Origin: Myxococcales bacterium
Lineage (GTDB): Bacteria; Myxococcota_A; Polyangia; Nannocystales; Nannocystaceae
NCBI GenBank assembly: GCA_020633295.1
Contig: JACKDW010000001.1
Span: 1,213,828 to 1,277,827, forward strand
Direction: 5' to 3'
DNA length: 64,000 nt
Shown: positions 9,856 through 19,266 of the stretch, piece after piece
Layout of the letters: each line of letters opens with the position of its first letter
Position numbering within the stretch: position 1 is the first letter of the stretch
Position numbers and translations under genes: made by a program
The notes under the pieces: generated by a model
Told to the model about the DNA's origin: nothing
Database searches by the model: none
The model's input: the letters and a program-made list of their open reading frames with translations, nothing else

Positions 9856-9910
9856 GCGGCCAGCGAGCCTTTCCCACCCCCTTGGGGCTTCGCTGGCCGC
9901 ACTTTTTTAA
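9856..9910 (+). terminator. Candidate intrinsic terminator immediately downstream of element copy 2
   Basis: gcggccagcgagcc (9856-9869) pairs with ggcttcgctggccgc (9886-9900) with one bulge and a 16-nt loop, followed by cacttttttaa (T-run 9903-9908). Confidence 0.45.
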
Positions 9911-10129
9911 GCGGCTCAAGCTCTTCCCACGTCCGCCCAGTCCGGCCCCCGGTGGCCCTGGCAACGCCGCGCTCGTAGGCCTCAGCCGCGACCTCGGAGT
10001 GCCCGAGGCGAACGGCGGCGTACAGCGCCGCGTCGAGATCCTGCATCGCGCCGGCGCCGTCGCTCGCCTTCATGCGCGCGCTCCCGCGGCGCAGCGTGCT
10101 CGGCCGACGGTAAGGAACCCGAACCCGAG

Positions 10130-10897
10130 CTAGCCGGTGGAGCCCGTGTCCGTGTCGCCGCCGGTCGTCCCGCCGCCGTCCGGCACCCCGGAGCAGTCGG
10201 TCGGGAAGTCCGTGATCGGCACCGGCAGATCGCCGGGCGCCGAGCTGGCGACGCGGATCGCCGAGAAGGTCGAGCCCTCGAGGCTCGCCATCAGCGGCTC
10301 GATGACGTTACCCTCGATGATCCCGCACACGAAGTCCGCGCTCTGGATCGAGCCGACGTAGCGCAGCTCCGTGACGATGTCGCTGCCCGTGATCGGGTTG
10401 GCAGCGCCCGTGACCATGAAGGTCTGATACACGCCGTCGCCCGCCGGGAACGCGTAGCGCCCGTCCTCGTCGACGACGATGTCGGGGATCACGATCGAGT
10501 CGCCGACCGGCGTGCGCGGCGTGTCGATGCTCTGCGGCTCGAGGGCGAGCGGCTGCAGCGTCAGCGTCAGGCGCCCGCCCAGGCCCTCCGGCGTGAACTC
10601 CTGCGTCGCCAGGAACTGCAGCGGGTGCGTCGGGTCGATCACCGAGGCGACGACCATCAGGAACTCGCCCGAGATGTCCTCGAGCTGCCCGCCGAGGTCC
10701 TCCTTCGGGAGCGGGAGGTCCCGCAGCTCCCGGGTGTCGTCGAGGAAGCCGTCGAGCTTGCCCTGCGGATCCGGGCAGCCCGTGGCGGTGAGCGACGCCA
10801 GCGTGAGCGCGCCCGCCAAGCCGAGACGCGCGCGCGTCCCCGCGCGCCCCTGCTGCCTCTGTCCACGCGTCCGCTCTGGCCAAACTTCCTGTTGCAT
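10130..10897 (-). CDS. Lipoprotein, hypothetical
   Basis: ATG (complement) at 10895-10897. Signal peptide with lipobox ...LTLASLTATGC. The C-terminus is Gly/Thr/Asp-rich. The longer track ORF to 11134 is an Arg-rich upstream extension and was rejected. Confidence 0.65.
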   Translation of the reverse strand: MQQEVWPERTRGQRQQGRAGTRARLGLAGALTLASLTATGCPDPQGKLDGFLDDTRELRDLPLPKEDLGGQLEDISGEFLMVVASVIDPTHPLQFLATQEFTPEGLGGRLTLTLQPLALEPQSIDTPRTPVGDSIVIPDIVVDEDGRYAFPAGDGVYQTFMVTGAANPITGSDIVTELRYVGSIQSADFVCGIIEGNVIEPLMASLEGSTFSAIRVASSAPGDLPVPITDFPTDCSGVPDGGGTTGGDTDTGSTG

Positions 10898-11225
10898 GCG
10901 CTCTGGATCCCGCTCGACGACAGGGCCCCGATCGAACTCAGGAGTCCCTTGGGCATGGTCGCACAGTTCCGGGCGCGCGCGCGAGTTCCTTTTTCCCGCG
11001 CGACCGCTCCCGCCTTCCCGCGCGACCGCTCCCGCGCTGCGGCGAGCGGGCCGGGAGAATCGTTGCGTAGCCAACCACCTCCGCGGACCCGCGACGGCGC
11101 GGCGGCTTTCGTGCCCCGACGCCGCGACTTTCATAGTAGAGTCGCCCCAGGGTCGAGAAGCGGGTCCACGCCCTGGCTGCTCGACGCGCGGCCGTCCGCG
11201 GCCGACTCATGGACGAGGAGACCCG

Positions 11226-12755
11226 ATGCCGACACCGTCGACCTGGCCGACCGCTCCCCGAACCTCGACGTCGCGCGCGCTGACGCGGGGCGCCTTCGCG
11301 CTCAGCTTCGCGCTCGCGCTCGCCGCTGGCCAGCGCGCCGAGGCCTCCGGGCTGGCGACCGCGCGCTTCGGCGGCGAGCACGGGCACCCGACCACCGACA
11401 ACCCGACGGCGACCTACTACAACCCCGCCGGCATCGGGCTGTCGACCGGCACGCACATCTTCATCGACGGCACGCTCGCGCTGCGCTGGGCCAGCTACGA
11501 GCGCCCCGAGTCCGCGATCAACAACCCCGGCACGGGCACGCCGGACGAGGCGATCGACGCCAACGCCGGCAAGGCGACGCTGTTCAACGTCATCGGCGCC
11601 CCCTTCGTCGGCGTCACCTCGGACTTCGGCACGCAGGGGCTGGTCGTCGGCGGCGCGAGCTTCTCGGTCCCCTTCGGCGGCCAGGCGGTCTGGAACGCCA
11701 ACGAGAAGTATCAGGGCAGCGACCGCTACCCGGGCGCGGTCGACGGGGTCCAGCGCTGGTACACGATCGACGGCGCGCTGCGCTCGATGTACATCACCGG
11801 CTCGCTGGCCTTCCACCTCAAGAAGATCGGCCTGGCGATCGGCGTCTCCGGCAGCGCCATCTACAGCGGCGTCAACACCATCCGGGCGCGCAACGCCGAC
11901 GGCACCGACGACCTGGTGCTCAGCCAGGACTTCGACAACCCGGCCAACCTCAAGGAGGGCCGCAGCCTCATCGACGTCTCCGGCTGGCAGGGCGGCTTCG
12001 GCATCGGCGCCGTCTGGCACCTGCGCGACAAGTTCTGGGTCGGCGCCTCCTACACGAGCCAGCCCAACGTCGTCGGCGGCATGAAGCTCAAGGGCACGCT
12101 CGTCAACATCCTCGCGAGCGCGCGTCAGCCCGACGAGACCGAGGTCGAATTCACGCAGACGCTGCCCGACATCATCCGCCTGGGCTTCCGCGTCCGCCCG
12201 CTCGAGAAGCTCGAGCTGCGCCTGTTCGGCGACTTCACGCGCTGGTCGGTGATGGACAAGCAGTGCGTGCTCGACAGCGGCGTCGAGGATCGCAACTGCG
12301 AATTCCCCGGGGCCGACACCGCGCTCGACAACCCCTCGGGCTTCGGCTCCGGTCAGAACGCCAACGGCGACACGGTCGTCAAGGGCGTCACCCAGCACCT
12401 CCCGCGCTTCTGGAAGAACGGCGGCGGCGTGCGCTTCGGCGCGAGCTACTTCTTCACCGAGAAGGTCGAGGGCTACGCCGGCCTCGGCTACGACAGCACC
12501 GCGGTGCCCGTGCAGACCGTCGACGCCGCGCTGCTCGACATGCACAAGATGTCGGTCTCGGTCGGCGGGCGCTTTCAGATCGTCCGCAACTTCGCGCTCG
12601 CGCTCACGCTCACCGACCTGATCTACTTCCCGCTCGACACCAAGGGCCGCAACGTCCTCAACCAGTTCCAGGCGCCCACCCGCCAGGCCGACGCCAACGG
12701 CGTGTACAAGTCGAACATCGCGGTCGCCAACCTGTACCTCGACGTCTCGTTCTGA
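11226..12755 (+). CDS. FadL/OmpP1/TodX-family outer-membrane transporter for hydrophobic substrates
   Basis: ATG 11226. Signal peptide ...FALALAAGQRAEA. FadL-family N-terminal motif ATYYNPAGIGL. Alternating beta-strand pattern and C-terminal ...LYLDVSF (terminal Phe typical of outer-membrane beta-barrels). Confidence 0.8.
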   Translation: MPTPSTWPTAPRTSTSRALTRGAFALSFALALAAGQRAEASGLATARFGGEHGHPTTDNPTATYYNPAGIGLSTGTHIFIDGTLALRWASYERPESAINNPGTGTPDEAIDANAGKATLFNVIGAPFVGVTSDFGTQGLVVGGASFSVPFGGQAVWNANEKYQGSDRYPGAVDGVQRWYTIDGALRSMYITGSLAFHLKKIGLAIGVSGSAIYSGVNTIRARNADGTDDLVLSQDFDNPANLKEGRSLIDVSGWQGGFGIGAVWHLRDKFWVGASYTSQPNVVGGMKLKGTLVNILASARQPDETEVEFTQTLPDIIRLGFRVRPLEKLELRLFGDFTRWSVMDKQCVLDSGVEDRNCEFPGADTALDNPSGFGSGQNANGDTVVKGVTQHLPRFWKNGGGVRFGASYFFTEKVEGYAGLGYDSTAVPVQTVDAALLDMHKMSVSVGGRFQIVRNFALALTLTDLIYFPLDTKGRNVLNQFQAPTRQADANGVYKSNIAVANLYLDVSF

Positions 12756-12774
12756 CCGGCCCGCGCGCGCGGCT

Positions 12775-12803
12775 CGCGGGCGCGACGTCCGGCCGCGCCC
12801 GCG
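12775..12803 (+). terminator. Candidate hairpin terminator after the FadL-family gene
   Basis: 10-bp GC stem 12775-12784 / 12794-12803 with a 9-nt loop, followed by ttgactcctgtctttgtgg (only moderately T-rich). Confidence 0.3.
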
Positions 12804-12890
12804 TTGACTCCTGTCTTTGTGGCCATCAGCGGGTGACGCGGCCGCGGGCCTCGGATATAACGCCTGCGGCCCACCGCCAGAGCGCTCGTC

Positions 12891-14174
12891 ATGTCCGATT
12901 CAGGCTCGCGCAAGATCCCGGGGAGCCGGCTGGGGCGGCTCGCGCGGCTCGCCCGCGTCGGCGCGCGCACGGGCGCGAACATGCTGCTGAATCGCGAGGC
13001 CGCCGCCGACGAGGTCGCGCGCCGGGCCGCCGAGGCGCTCGGCACCCTGCGGGGCGTCGCCGCCAAGGTCGGGCAGATGGCCGGCTACGTCGACGGCGTC
13101 ATCCCCGAGGGCCAGCGCGACGCCTACGAGAAGTGGATGCAGACGCTGCTCGCGGCCGCGCCGGCGTCGTCGCCCGCCGCCGTGCGCCAGCTCGTCGAGG
13201 AGGAGCTCGGCGCGCCGCTCGACCGGCTGTTCGCCGAGTGGGACGAGCGCCCGATCGCCAGCGCGTCGATCGGCCAGGTCCACCGCGCGCGCCTGCCCGA
13301 GGGCGACGAGGTCGCCGTCAAGGTCCAGCACCCCGGCGTCGCCAGGGCGGTCGAGAGCGACCTTCAGAACGCCGGGCTGCTCGAGCGCACGGTCGCGGTC
13401 GTCGGCGGCAGCAAGCTCGAGTCCCGGCGCATCCTCGAGGAGGTCCGCACGCGCTTCCGCGAGGAGCTCAACTACGAGACCGAGGCCGCGCGCCAGCGCG
13501 AGTTCGCGGCGTTCTTCCAAGACGACCCGCAGGTCGTGATCCCGCGCGTCTACGACGCGCGCAGCAGCCGGCGCGTGCTGACCTCGCAGTTCATCCGCGG
13601 CCGCGGCTTCCAGGAGGCCTGCGCCGCGCCCGAGGAGGAGCGCGCCGCCTGGGCCCGCGCGCAGTGGCGCTTCGTCTACCGGGGCACGCTCGTGGGCGGC
13701 ATGTTCAACGCCGACCCGCACCCCGGGAATTATTTTTTCTTACCCGAGGGACAGGTCGCCTTCATCGACTTCGGCTGCGTGCAGCCGGTCACGCCCGAGC
13801 GCCGTCGGCTCGGCAGCGCGACGCACCTCGCCGCGTCGACCGGCGACCACCACGCCTTCGTCGCGGCCGGCCGCGCGATGCTCGGGCTGCGCGGCGGCGC
13901 CCACGAGCGCCGCGCGCTCGACTACCTGCGCGAGGCGTTCCGCCCGCAGTTCGACTCCCCCTACCGCATGACGCGTGACTACGTCGCGGCGCTCGTCGAG
14001 CAGTTCCGCGAGATCGCGACCGCCTCCCTGCGCGAGCGCGACGGCAGCTTCGTCTCGTTCCCGCCCGGCGTGTTCTTCCTCAACCGCCTGCAGTTCGGCT
14101 TCTACTCGGTGCTCGCGCGGCTCAACGTCGAGGTCGACTACGCCGCGATCGAGCGCGAGTTCTTGCCGCGCTAG
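12891..14174 (+). CDS. ABC1/UbiB-family atypical protein kinase (AarF domain)
   Basis: ATG 12891. Motifs [25 protein letters not shown], and a catalytic region with DPHPGNYFF and FIDFG. Confidence 0.85.
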   Translation: MSDSGSRKIPGSRLGRLARLARVGARTGANMLLNREAAADEVARRAAEALGTLRGVAAKVGQMAGYVDGVIPEGQRDAYEKWMQTLLAAAPASSPAAVRQLVEEELGAPLDRLFAEWDERPIASASIGQVHRARLPEGDEVAVKVQHPGVARAVESDLQNAGLLERTVAVVGGSKLESRRILEEVRTRFREELNYETEAARQREFAAFFQDDPQVVIPRVYDARSSRRVLTSQFIRGRGFQEACAAPEEERAAWARAQWRFVYRGTLVGGMFNADPHPGNYFFLPEGQVAFIDFGCVQPVTPERRRLGSATHLAASTGDHHAFVAAGRAMLGLRGGAHERRALDYLREAFRPQFDSPYRMTRDYVAALVEQFREIATASLRERDGSFVSFPPGVFFLNRLQFGFYSVLARLNVEVDYAAIEREFLPR

Positions 14175-14190
14175 CGACGCCGGCGCCGGC

Positions 14191-14889
14191 TCACGGGCGA
14201 TCGGTGATCAGCCGCGTGACGCCCAGCTCGACCAGCGCCCGCTTGCGCGCGTCGTCGTTGACCGTCCACGCGCCGACCTCGAGGCCCTGGGCGCGGTGGT
14301 GCTCGATGACCCGCGCGGTGCACAGGCGATGATCGAGGTGCACCGAGGCGCAGCCGTAGGCCTTCGCGCCGCCCGCGTGGAGGAACGGCGGGCTCTCGGC
14401 CGCGAGCAGCAGCGCGTGCTCGTACTGCGAGCCGAGCCCGCGCGCGCGCAGCAAGAGCCGCGGGTCGAAGCTGCTGAGGATCACGCGCGGGCGCCCGGAG
14501 AGCTGCGCGAGCGCGCGCTCGACGAGCACGTGACCGTCGGCGACCGGCTTGAGCTCGACGTTGAGCCAGCGATCCGTGGGCCAGCGCTCGAGCAGCTCGG
14601 CGAGCCGCGGGATCCGCCCGCCGCCCCACAGCCGGATCCGCTGCAGCTGTCTCGAGGTTAAGGTCTCTACGCGGTCGTGACGACCCGCGAGGCGCCGCAG
14701 GTCATCGTCGTGGAAGACCATGACCTCGTAGTCGCGGCTCAGCTGCACGTCGAGCTCGACCCCGTCGGCGCCGCGCTCGATCGCGTGCGAGAACGCCTCG
14801 AGCGTGTTCTCGACCCGCGCGTCGCTGGCCCCGCGATGCGCCAGGATCATCGTCTTCGCCGCGCTCATCGCTGCCGCCATCGGTCGCAT
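14191..14889 (-). CDS. Glycerophosphodiester phosphodiesterase (GDPD family)
   Basis: ATG (complement) 14887-14889. ILAHRGAS and EFSHAIERGADGVELDVQLSRDYEVMVFHDDDL are GDPD motifs. The track's 14916 start is a TTG. Confidence 0.8.
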   Translation of the reverse strand: MRPMAAAMSAAKTMILAHRGASDARVENTLEAFSHAIERGADGVELDVQLSRDYEVMVFHDDDLRRLAGRHDRVETLTSRQLQRIRLWGGGRIPRLAELLERWPTDRWLNVELKPVADGHVLVERALAQLSGRPRVILSSFDPRLLLRARGLGSQYEHALLLAAESPPFLHAGGAKAYGCASVHLDHRLCTARVIEHHRAQGLEVGAWTVNDDARKRALVELGVTRLITDRP

Positions 14890-14893
14890 GCTG

Positions 14894-16255
14894 CTACCGC
14901 GGGCCGATCGCGTCAAACCCGGTCCACGAGCGCAGAACCTTCGGCACGACCACGCTGCCGTCGCGCTGCTGGTGATTCTCGAGGATCGCGACCAGCGCCC
15001 GCGAGTTGGCGACCGCCGTGCCGTTGAGCATGAACACGTGGCGCGGCTTCTGCTTCTTGCCGTCGACCGGCGTCGGCCGGTAGCGGATCTTCAGCCGGCG
15101 GGCCTGGTAGTCCGTGCAGTCGCTGGTGCTCGTGATCTCGCCGAAGCAGCCGCGCCCCGGCATCCACGCCTCGAGGTCGAATTTTCGGTACGCCGGCCCG
15201 CCGAGGTCACCGCTGGCGATGTCGATGACGCGGTAGGGGATCTCGAGGCCCTGGAAGATCTCCTCCTCGATCGCCAAGAGGCGCGCGTGCATGGCCGAGC
15301 TCTCCTCGAGCGTGCCGGCCGTGAACGCGAACAGCTCGACCTTCGTGAACTGGTGCACGCGGTAGAGCCCGCGCGACTCCTTGCCGTGGGCGCCGGCCTC
15401 GGTGCGGAAGCAGTGCGACAGCCCCGCGAGCAGCACCGGCAGCTGCTCCTCCTCGAGGATGCTGTCGGCGAGCATGCCCCCGAGCGTGATCTCGGCGGTG
15501 CCGACCAGGCACAGGTCGGAGTTCTCGATCGTGTACACCTGCGTCGACTCGCCGCGCGGGTTGAAGCCGAGCCCCTGCAAGATCGAGTCGCGCGCGAGGT
15601 CGGGGGTCACGTGCAGCGTGAAGCCGTGCCGCTGCGCGACGCCGATGGCGTAGCGCTGCAGCGCGAGGTCGAGCAGCACCGCCTCGTTCTTCAGGTAGTA
15701 GTGCTTCTGCCCGGTGACGCGGGCCCCGGCCGCGAAGTCGACGAGCTCGAGCGCCTCGGCGATGTCGAGGTGGTCCTTGGGCTCGATGCCCTCGGCCGCG
15801 AAGTCGCGGATCGTGCCGACGCGTCGCAATTCGCGGTGGTCCTCGTCGGTGTGGCCGCGCGGCGACTCGGGGTGCGTCAGGTTGGGCACGCGCGACCACG
15901 CGTCGTCGCGGGCGACGAGCGCCTCCTCGGCCTGGGCGTGGACCTCGCGCTCGTGATCACGCAGCGCCCGCCCCGCCTCGATCAACGGCTTGCGCGCCGC
16001 CGCCTGCTCGGCCTTCGGCAGCTTGCCGACGCTCTTCATCGCCGTGGTGTTCTCGTTCTGCTTGCGGCGCGTCTCGTCGCCGTCGTGCAGCAGCTCGAGG
16101 TAGCGCGCGTCGAGGGCCTGCAGGCGCTCGACGGTCCTCGCCGCCCAGTCGGCCCCGCTCTCCGGCGTGAGCTCGGGGAACACGTGCACGTTGCGATCCT
16201 CGAGGTTCTGACGGATCGCGTCGCCCTGGTCGCGCAGCAGCTTGATGTCGAGCAT
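14894..16255 (-). CDS. serS: Seryl-tRNA synthetase
   Basis: N-terminal coiled-coil MLDIKLLRD..., class II aminoacyl-tRNA synthetase core (FRTEAGAHGKESRGLYRVHQFTKVE, GRGCFGEITSTSDCTDYQARRL). Length 453 aa. Confidence 0.95.
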   Translation of the reverse strand: MLDIKLLRDQGDAIRQNLEDRNVHVFPELTPESGADWAARTVERLQALDARYLELLHDGDETRRKQNENTTAMKSVGKLPKAEQAAARKPLIEAGRALRDHEREVHAQAEEALVARDDAWSRVPNLTHPESPRGHTDEDHRELRRVGTIRDFAAEGIEPKDHLDIAEALELVDFAAGARVTGQKHYYLKNEAVLLDLALQRYAIGVAQRHGFTLHVTPDLARDSILQGLGFNPRGESTQVYTIENSDLCLVGTAEITLGGMLADSILEEEQLPVLLAGLSHCFRTEAGAHGKESRGLYRVHQFTKVELFAFTAGTLEESSAMHARLLAIEEEIFQGLEIPYRVIDIASGDLGGPAYRKFDLEAWMPGRGCFGEITSTSDCTDYQARRLKIRYRPTPVDGKKQKPRHVFMLNGTAVANSRALVAILENHQQRDGSVVVPKVLRSWTGFDAIGPR

Positions 16256-16460
16256 GGGAGCGGACCATACCGCCGAGTCGCCGCTCGCGCTTCTGGACAG
16301 TTCTCACGCGCCACGGCGGAAAACGCGCGGCCGCAGCGCGACTTGACCGAACAACGCTCGCGGGCCATTCTCCGCGCCCTACCGGCCCCTCGGTACCGCT
16401 TGTTGGATCGCCCCTGCGCGCGAGCGAGCGAGCGTCTGGACACACAGGAGAACGACACGC

Positions 16461-16598
16461 ATGGGACACCTCGATAATCGCCGCACGCCGAAGATGCGCC
16501 AGCGCAAGCGCCAAGCCAAGCTCAAGGCCCGACTCAAGCGCCGCGCCGAGGAGAAGCGCCAGACGCGAGCCGGCGCCCCCCCCCCCAAGAAGAAGTGA
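16461..16598 (+). CDS. Small, highly basic 45-aa protein (unannotated in the ORF track) containing an 11-C homopolymer
   Basis: ATG 16461 with CAGGAG, SD-like ribosome-binding sequence, 10 nt upstream. Translation MGHLDNRRTPKMRQRKRQAKLKARLKRRAEEKRQTRAGAPPPKKK. GC3-rich codon usage consistent with the host. Ends at TGA 16596-16598. Confidence 0.35.
   Translation: MGHLDNRRTPKMRQRKRQAKLKARLKRRAEEKRQTRAGAPPPKKK
16576..16586. repeat. Poly-C homopolymer (11 nt) inside the small basic ORF (encodes PPP)
   Basis: Direct reading of 16576-16586. Confidence 0.9.
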
Positions 16599-16703
16599 CC
16601 CGCGCCTGGAATCGCGTCGGTCACCCCGGCGTAGACGCACTGGCGTGAATTCGTGCGCTCGCGGGCGAGCCCGCGGGCGCGAGACCCAAGCGAGGGAGCG
16701 CGC

Positions 16704-17774
16704 GTGAGGCGAGAGGACCCGAAGTTCAGGTCGAGGCTGCTGGTCGTGTTCGGCGGCCGCAGCTCGGAGCACGAGGTCTCGCTGCGCAGCGCGACCTCCA
16801 TCCTCGACAACCTCGACCGCGAGCGCCTCGAGCCCGTGCTGCTCGGCGTCCGCCGCGACGGCAGCTGGTGCACCGGCGCGCTCGGGCTCCCGCTCGCCGA
16901 CATCATCGCCCGCGGCGAGCCCGTGCAGGACCTCCGCGCGCTCGCGCCCGACATCGTGCTCCCCGTCCTCCACGGCCCGTTCGGCGAGGACGGCACCTTC
17001 CAGGGCCTGCTCGAGGTCCTCGGCCTGCCTTACGTCGGCTCCGGCGTGCTCGCGTCGGCGATGTGCATGGACAAGGCCGTGATGAAGCGGGCGCTCACCC
17101 AGCAAGAGCCCGCGATCCCCATGGTCCCCTGGGTCGAGCTCGACGGTCGCAACATCGGCGTCGCCGAGCTCGCTGCGGCCATCGACCGCGTCGGCGCCCA
17201 GCTCGGCTACCCCTGCTTCGTCAAGCCCGCCAACCAGGGCAGCTCGATCGGCATCAGCCGCGCAGGCGACGAGCACGAGCTGCGCGTCGCGATCGAGATG
17301 GCGACGCGCTACGACCCCAAGATCGTCGTCGAGCGAGCGGTCGACGCCCGCGAGATCGAGCTCGCCGTGCTCGGCGACGGCGGCCCCGACACCATCGTCA
17401 GCGAGCCCGGCGAGATCGTGCTCCCCGACGGCCTCTGGTACGACTACGAGAACAAGTACCTCAAGGACGTCGCCGGCCTCGAGATCCCCGCCACGCTCCC
17501 CGCCGAGTCCCGCGCGCAGCTCAAGGCGCTCGCGCTGCGGGCCTTCCGCGCCGCCGGCTGCCACGGGCTCGCCCGCGTCGACTTCTTCGTCGACCGCGTG
17601 ACGCTGGCGCCCTACCTCAACGAGGTCAACACGATGCCCGGCTTCACGAGCATCAGCATGTACCCGCGGCTCATGGCCCACGCCGGCGTGCCCTACAGCG
17701 AGCAGCTCACGCGCCTGTGCGCGCTCGCGCTCGCGCGCCACGAGGCCCGCCGCGCGCTCCGGATCACGCGCTAA
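16704..17774 (+). CDS. ddl: D-alanine--D-alanine ligase
   Basis: GTG 16704 with GGGAG 6 nt upstream. RLLVVFGGRSSEHEVSL, YPCFVKPANQGSSIGISRA and the ATP-grasp C-terminus NEVNTMPGFTSISMYPRL. The track's longer ORF starts at 16653. Confidence 0.9.
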   Translation: MRREDPKFRSRLLVVFGGRSSEHEVSLRSATSILDNLDRERLEPVLLGVRRDGSWCTGALGLPLADIIARGEPVQDLRALAPDIVLPVLHGPFGEDGTFQGLLEVLGLPYVGSGVLASAMCMDKAVMKRALTQQEPAIPMVPWVELDGRNIGVAELAAAIDRVGAQLGYPCFVKPANQGSSIGISRAGDEHELRVAIEMATRYDPKIVVERAVDAREIELAVLGDGGPDTIVSEPGEIVLPDGLWYDYENKYLKDVAGLEIPATLPAESRAQLKALALRAFRAAGCHGLARVDFFVDRVTLAPYLNEVNTMPGFTSISMYPRLMAHAGVPYSEQLTRLCALALARHEARRALRITR

Positions 17775-17860
17775 CGATCGGCGCGCGTCGATCTTCGCTC
17801 GCTTCGCAATCATCGCGTTCCTCCGTCGATCGTCGCGGCGGTCGATCGTCTTCGTGGGAG

Positions 17861-18030
17861 ATCGAGCCTCCAGTCGCTCGTCGTGACGGATCGAGCCTCC
17901 GCGTCGCTCGTCGTGACGGTCGATCGCGGGAGCGAGTGATCGAAGCACGAGCGAGCCTCCGCGTCGCTCGTCGTGACGGTCGATCGCGGGAGCGAGTGAT
18001 CGAAGCGCGAGCGAGCCAGCCTCCGTCGAG
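17861..18030. repeat. About 60-bp tandem direct repeat, two full copies (17893-17952, 17953-18012) plus partial diverged copies, in the ddl-trpS intergenic region
   Basis: gagcctccgcgtcgctcgtcgtgacggtcgatcgcgggagcgagtgatcgaagcRcgagc repeated with a single a/g difference. Not CRISPR-like, as there are no spacers. Confidence 0.85.
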
Positions 18031-18252
18031 CACCACGAGCGGAGCGTGGCGAGAGAGAGGGGGCGGGGTCGGAAGAGGACTTAAGACCATGTGAGCGGCC
18101 CCCGGAGGGGGTCGTTCACGTGCGTCCCGCATGGAGCGCCCCCGCCCCCTCGCTCCAAGAGCCACGCGTGTCGCAAAACCGGCGCTCGCAATCCGAACCC
18201 GAGAATCCGAAGGGGGTCGATCACCAGGGATGTCCATGGCATCGTCGCGCCC

Positions 18253-19266
18253 ATGACCGGCGCGACCAAGCGACAGCGCGTGCTCTCGGGCATCCAGCCG
18301 TCCGGGCTCATCCACCTCGGCAACTACTTCGGGGCCATCCAGCAGCACATGGAGCTGCAGCACGAGTTCCCCGGCGAGTGCCTCTACTTCATCGCCGACT
18401 ACCACGCGCTGACCACCGTCCACGACGCCGAGGCCCTGCGCACGCACGTCTTTGACCTCGCCGCCACCTACCTCGCCATGGGCCTCGACCCCGACAAGGC
18501 GCTGCTGTTTCGTCAGTCCGACGTCCCCGAGGTCACCGAGCTGACCTGGCTGCTCGCCACCGTCACCGGCATGGGGCTGCTCGAGCGCGCCGTCAGCTAC
18601 AAGGACAAGGTCACCCAGGGCCTCACCGCGTCGGTCGGGCTGTTCACCTACCCGATCCTCATGGCCGCCGACATCCTCGCCTACGACTCGACCATGGTCC
18701 CCGTCGGCAAGGACCAGGTGCAGCACGTCGAGATGACGCGCGACATGGCGACGCACTTCAACGAGGCCTACGGCAGCAAGCGCAAGCCCGCGCTCACGCT
18801 CCCGCGCTACCGCCTCTCGCACGCGCCCTACGTGCCCGGCATCGACGGCCGCAAGATGAGCAAGAGCTACGGCAACACCATCTGGGTGTTTCGCGCCGGC
18901 AAGGCGCTGCGCAAGCGCGTCGGCCAGATCGTCACCGACTCGACCCCCATGGGCGAGCCGCTCGACCCCGACAACAGCGTCGTCTTCGACCTCTTCAAGC
19001 TGTTCGCCAGCGAGGCCGAGCAAGCCGAGGTCGCCGGCTACTTCCGCGCCGGCGCGCGCGACGGTCAGCCCTTCGGCTACGGGCACGCCAAGCAGCTGCT
19101 CGCCGCCAAGATCGACGCGCACTTCGCCGACGCCCGCGCCCGCTACGCCGAGCTGCAGGCCAACCCCGAACGCGTCGAGGACGTCCTGCGTCAGTCCGCC
19201 GCCAAGGCGCGCGCGCTGGCGCGGGCGACCGTCGACCGCTGCAAGCGCGCGTGCGGGCTGCGGTGA
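18253..19266 (+). CDS. trpS: Tryptophanyl-tRNA synthetase
   Basis: ATG 18253. Class I motifs SGIQPSGLIHLGNY (HIGH-type) and KMSKS. The track's upstream extension to 18091 is not protein-like. Confidence 0.95.
   Translation: MTGATKRQRVLSGIQPSGLIHLGNYFGAIQQHMELQHEFPGECLYFIADYHALTTVHDAEALRTHVFDLAATYLAMGLDPDKALLFRQSDVPEVTELTWLLATVTGMGLLERAVSYKDKVTQGLTASVGLFTYPILMAADILAYDSTMVPVGKDQVQHVEMTRDMATHFNEAYGSKRKPALTLPRYRLSHAPYVPGIDGRKMSKSYGNTIWVFRAGKALRKRVGQIVTDSTPMGEPLDPDNSVVFDLFKLFASEAEQAEVAGYFRAGARDGQPFGYGHAKQLLAAKIDAHFADARARYAELQANPERVEDVLRQSAAKARALARATVDRCKRACGLR

Noticed and set aside
10479-13978. Overlapping long + strand ORFs 10479-12755 (upstream part) and 10625-13978 (1117 aa)
   Set aside because: Only the segment from ATG 11226 (signal peptide, FadL motifs) is protein-like. 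Frame 10625-13978 is an Arg-rich alternative frame running through the FadL and ABC1 genes.
17861-18030. Possible CRISPR array
   Set aside because: The repeats are directly adjacent with no unique spacers, and there are only about 3 copies. No cas genes. It is a simple tandem duplication.
17764-19122. 452-aa minus-strand ORF over trpS and the upstream tandem repeat
   Set aside because: Antisense to trpS (HIGH/KMSKS present on the + strand). It passes through the non-coding 60-bp repeats.
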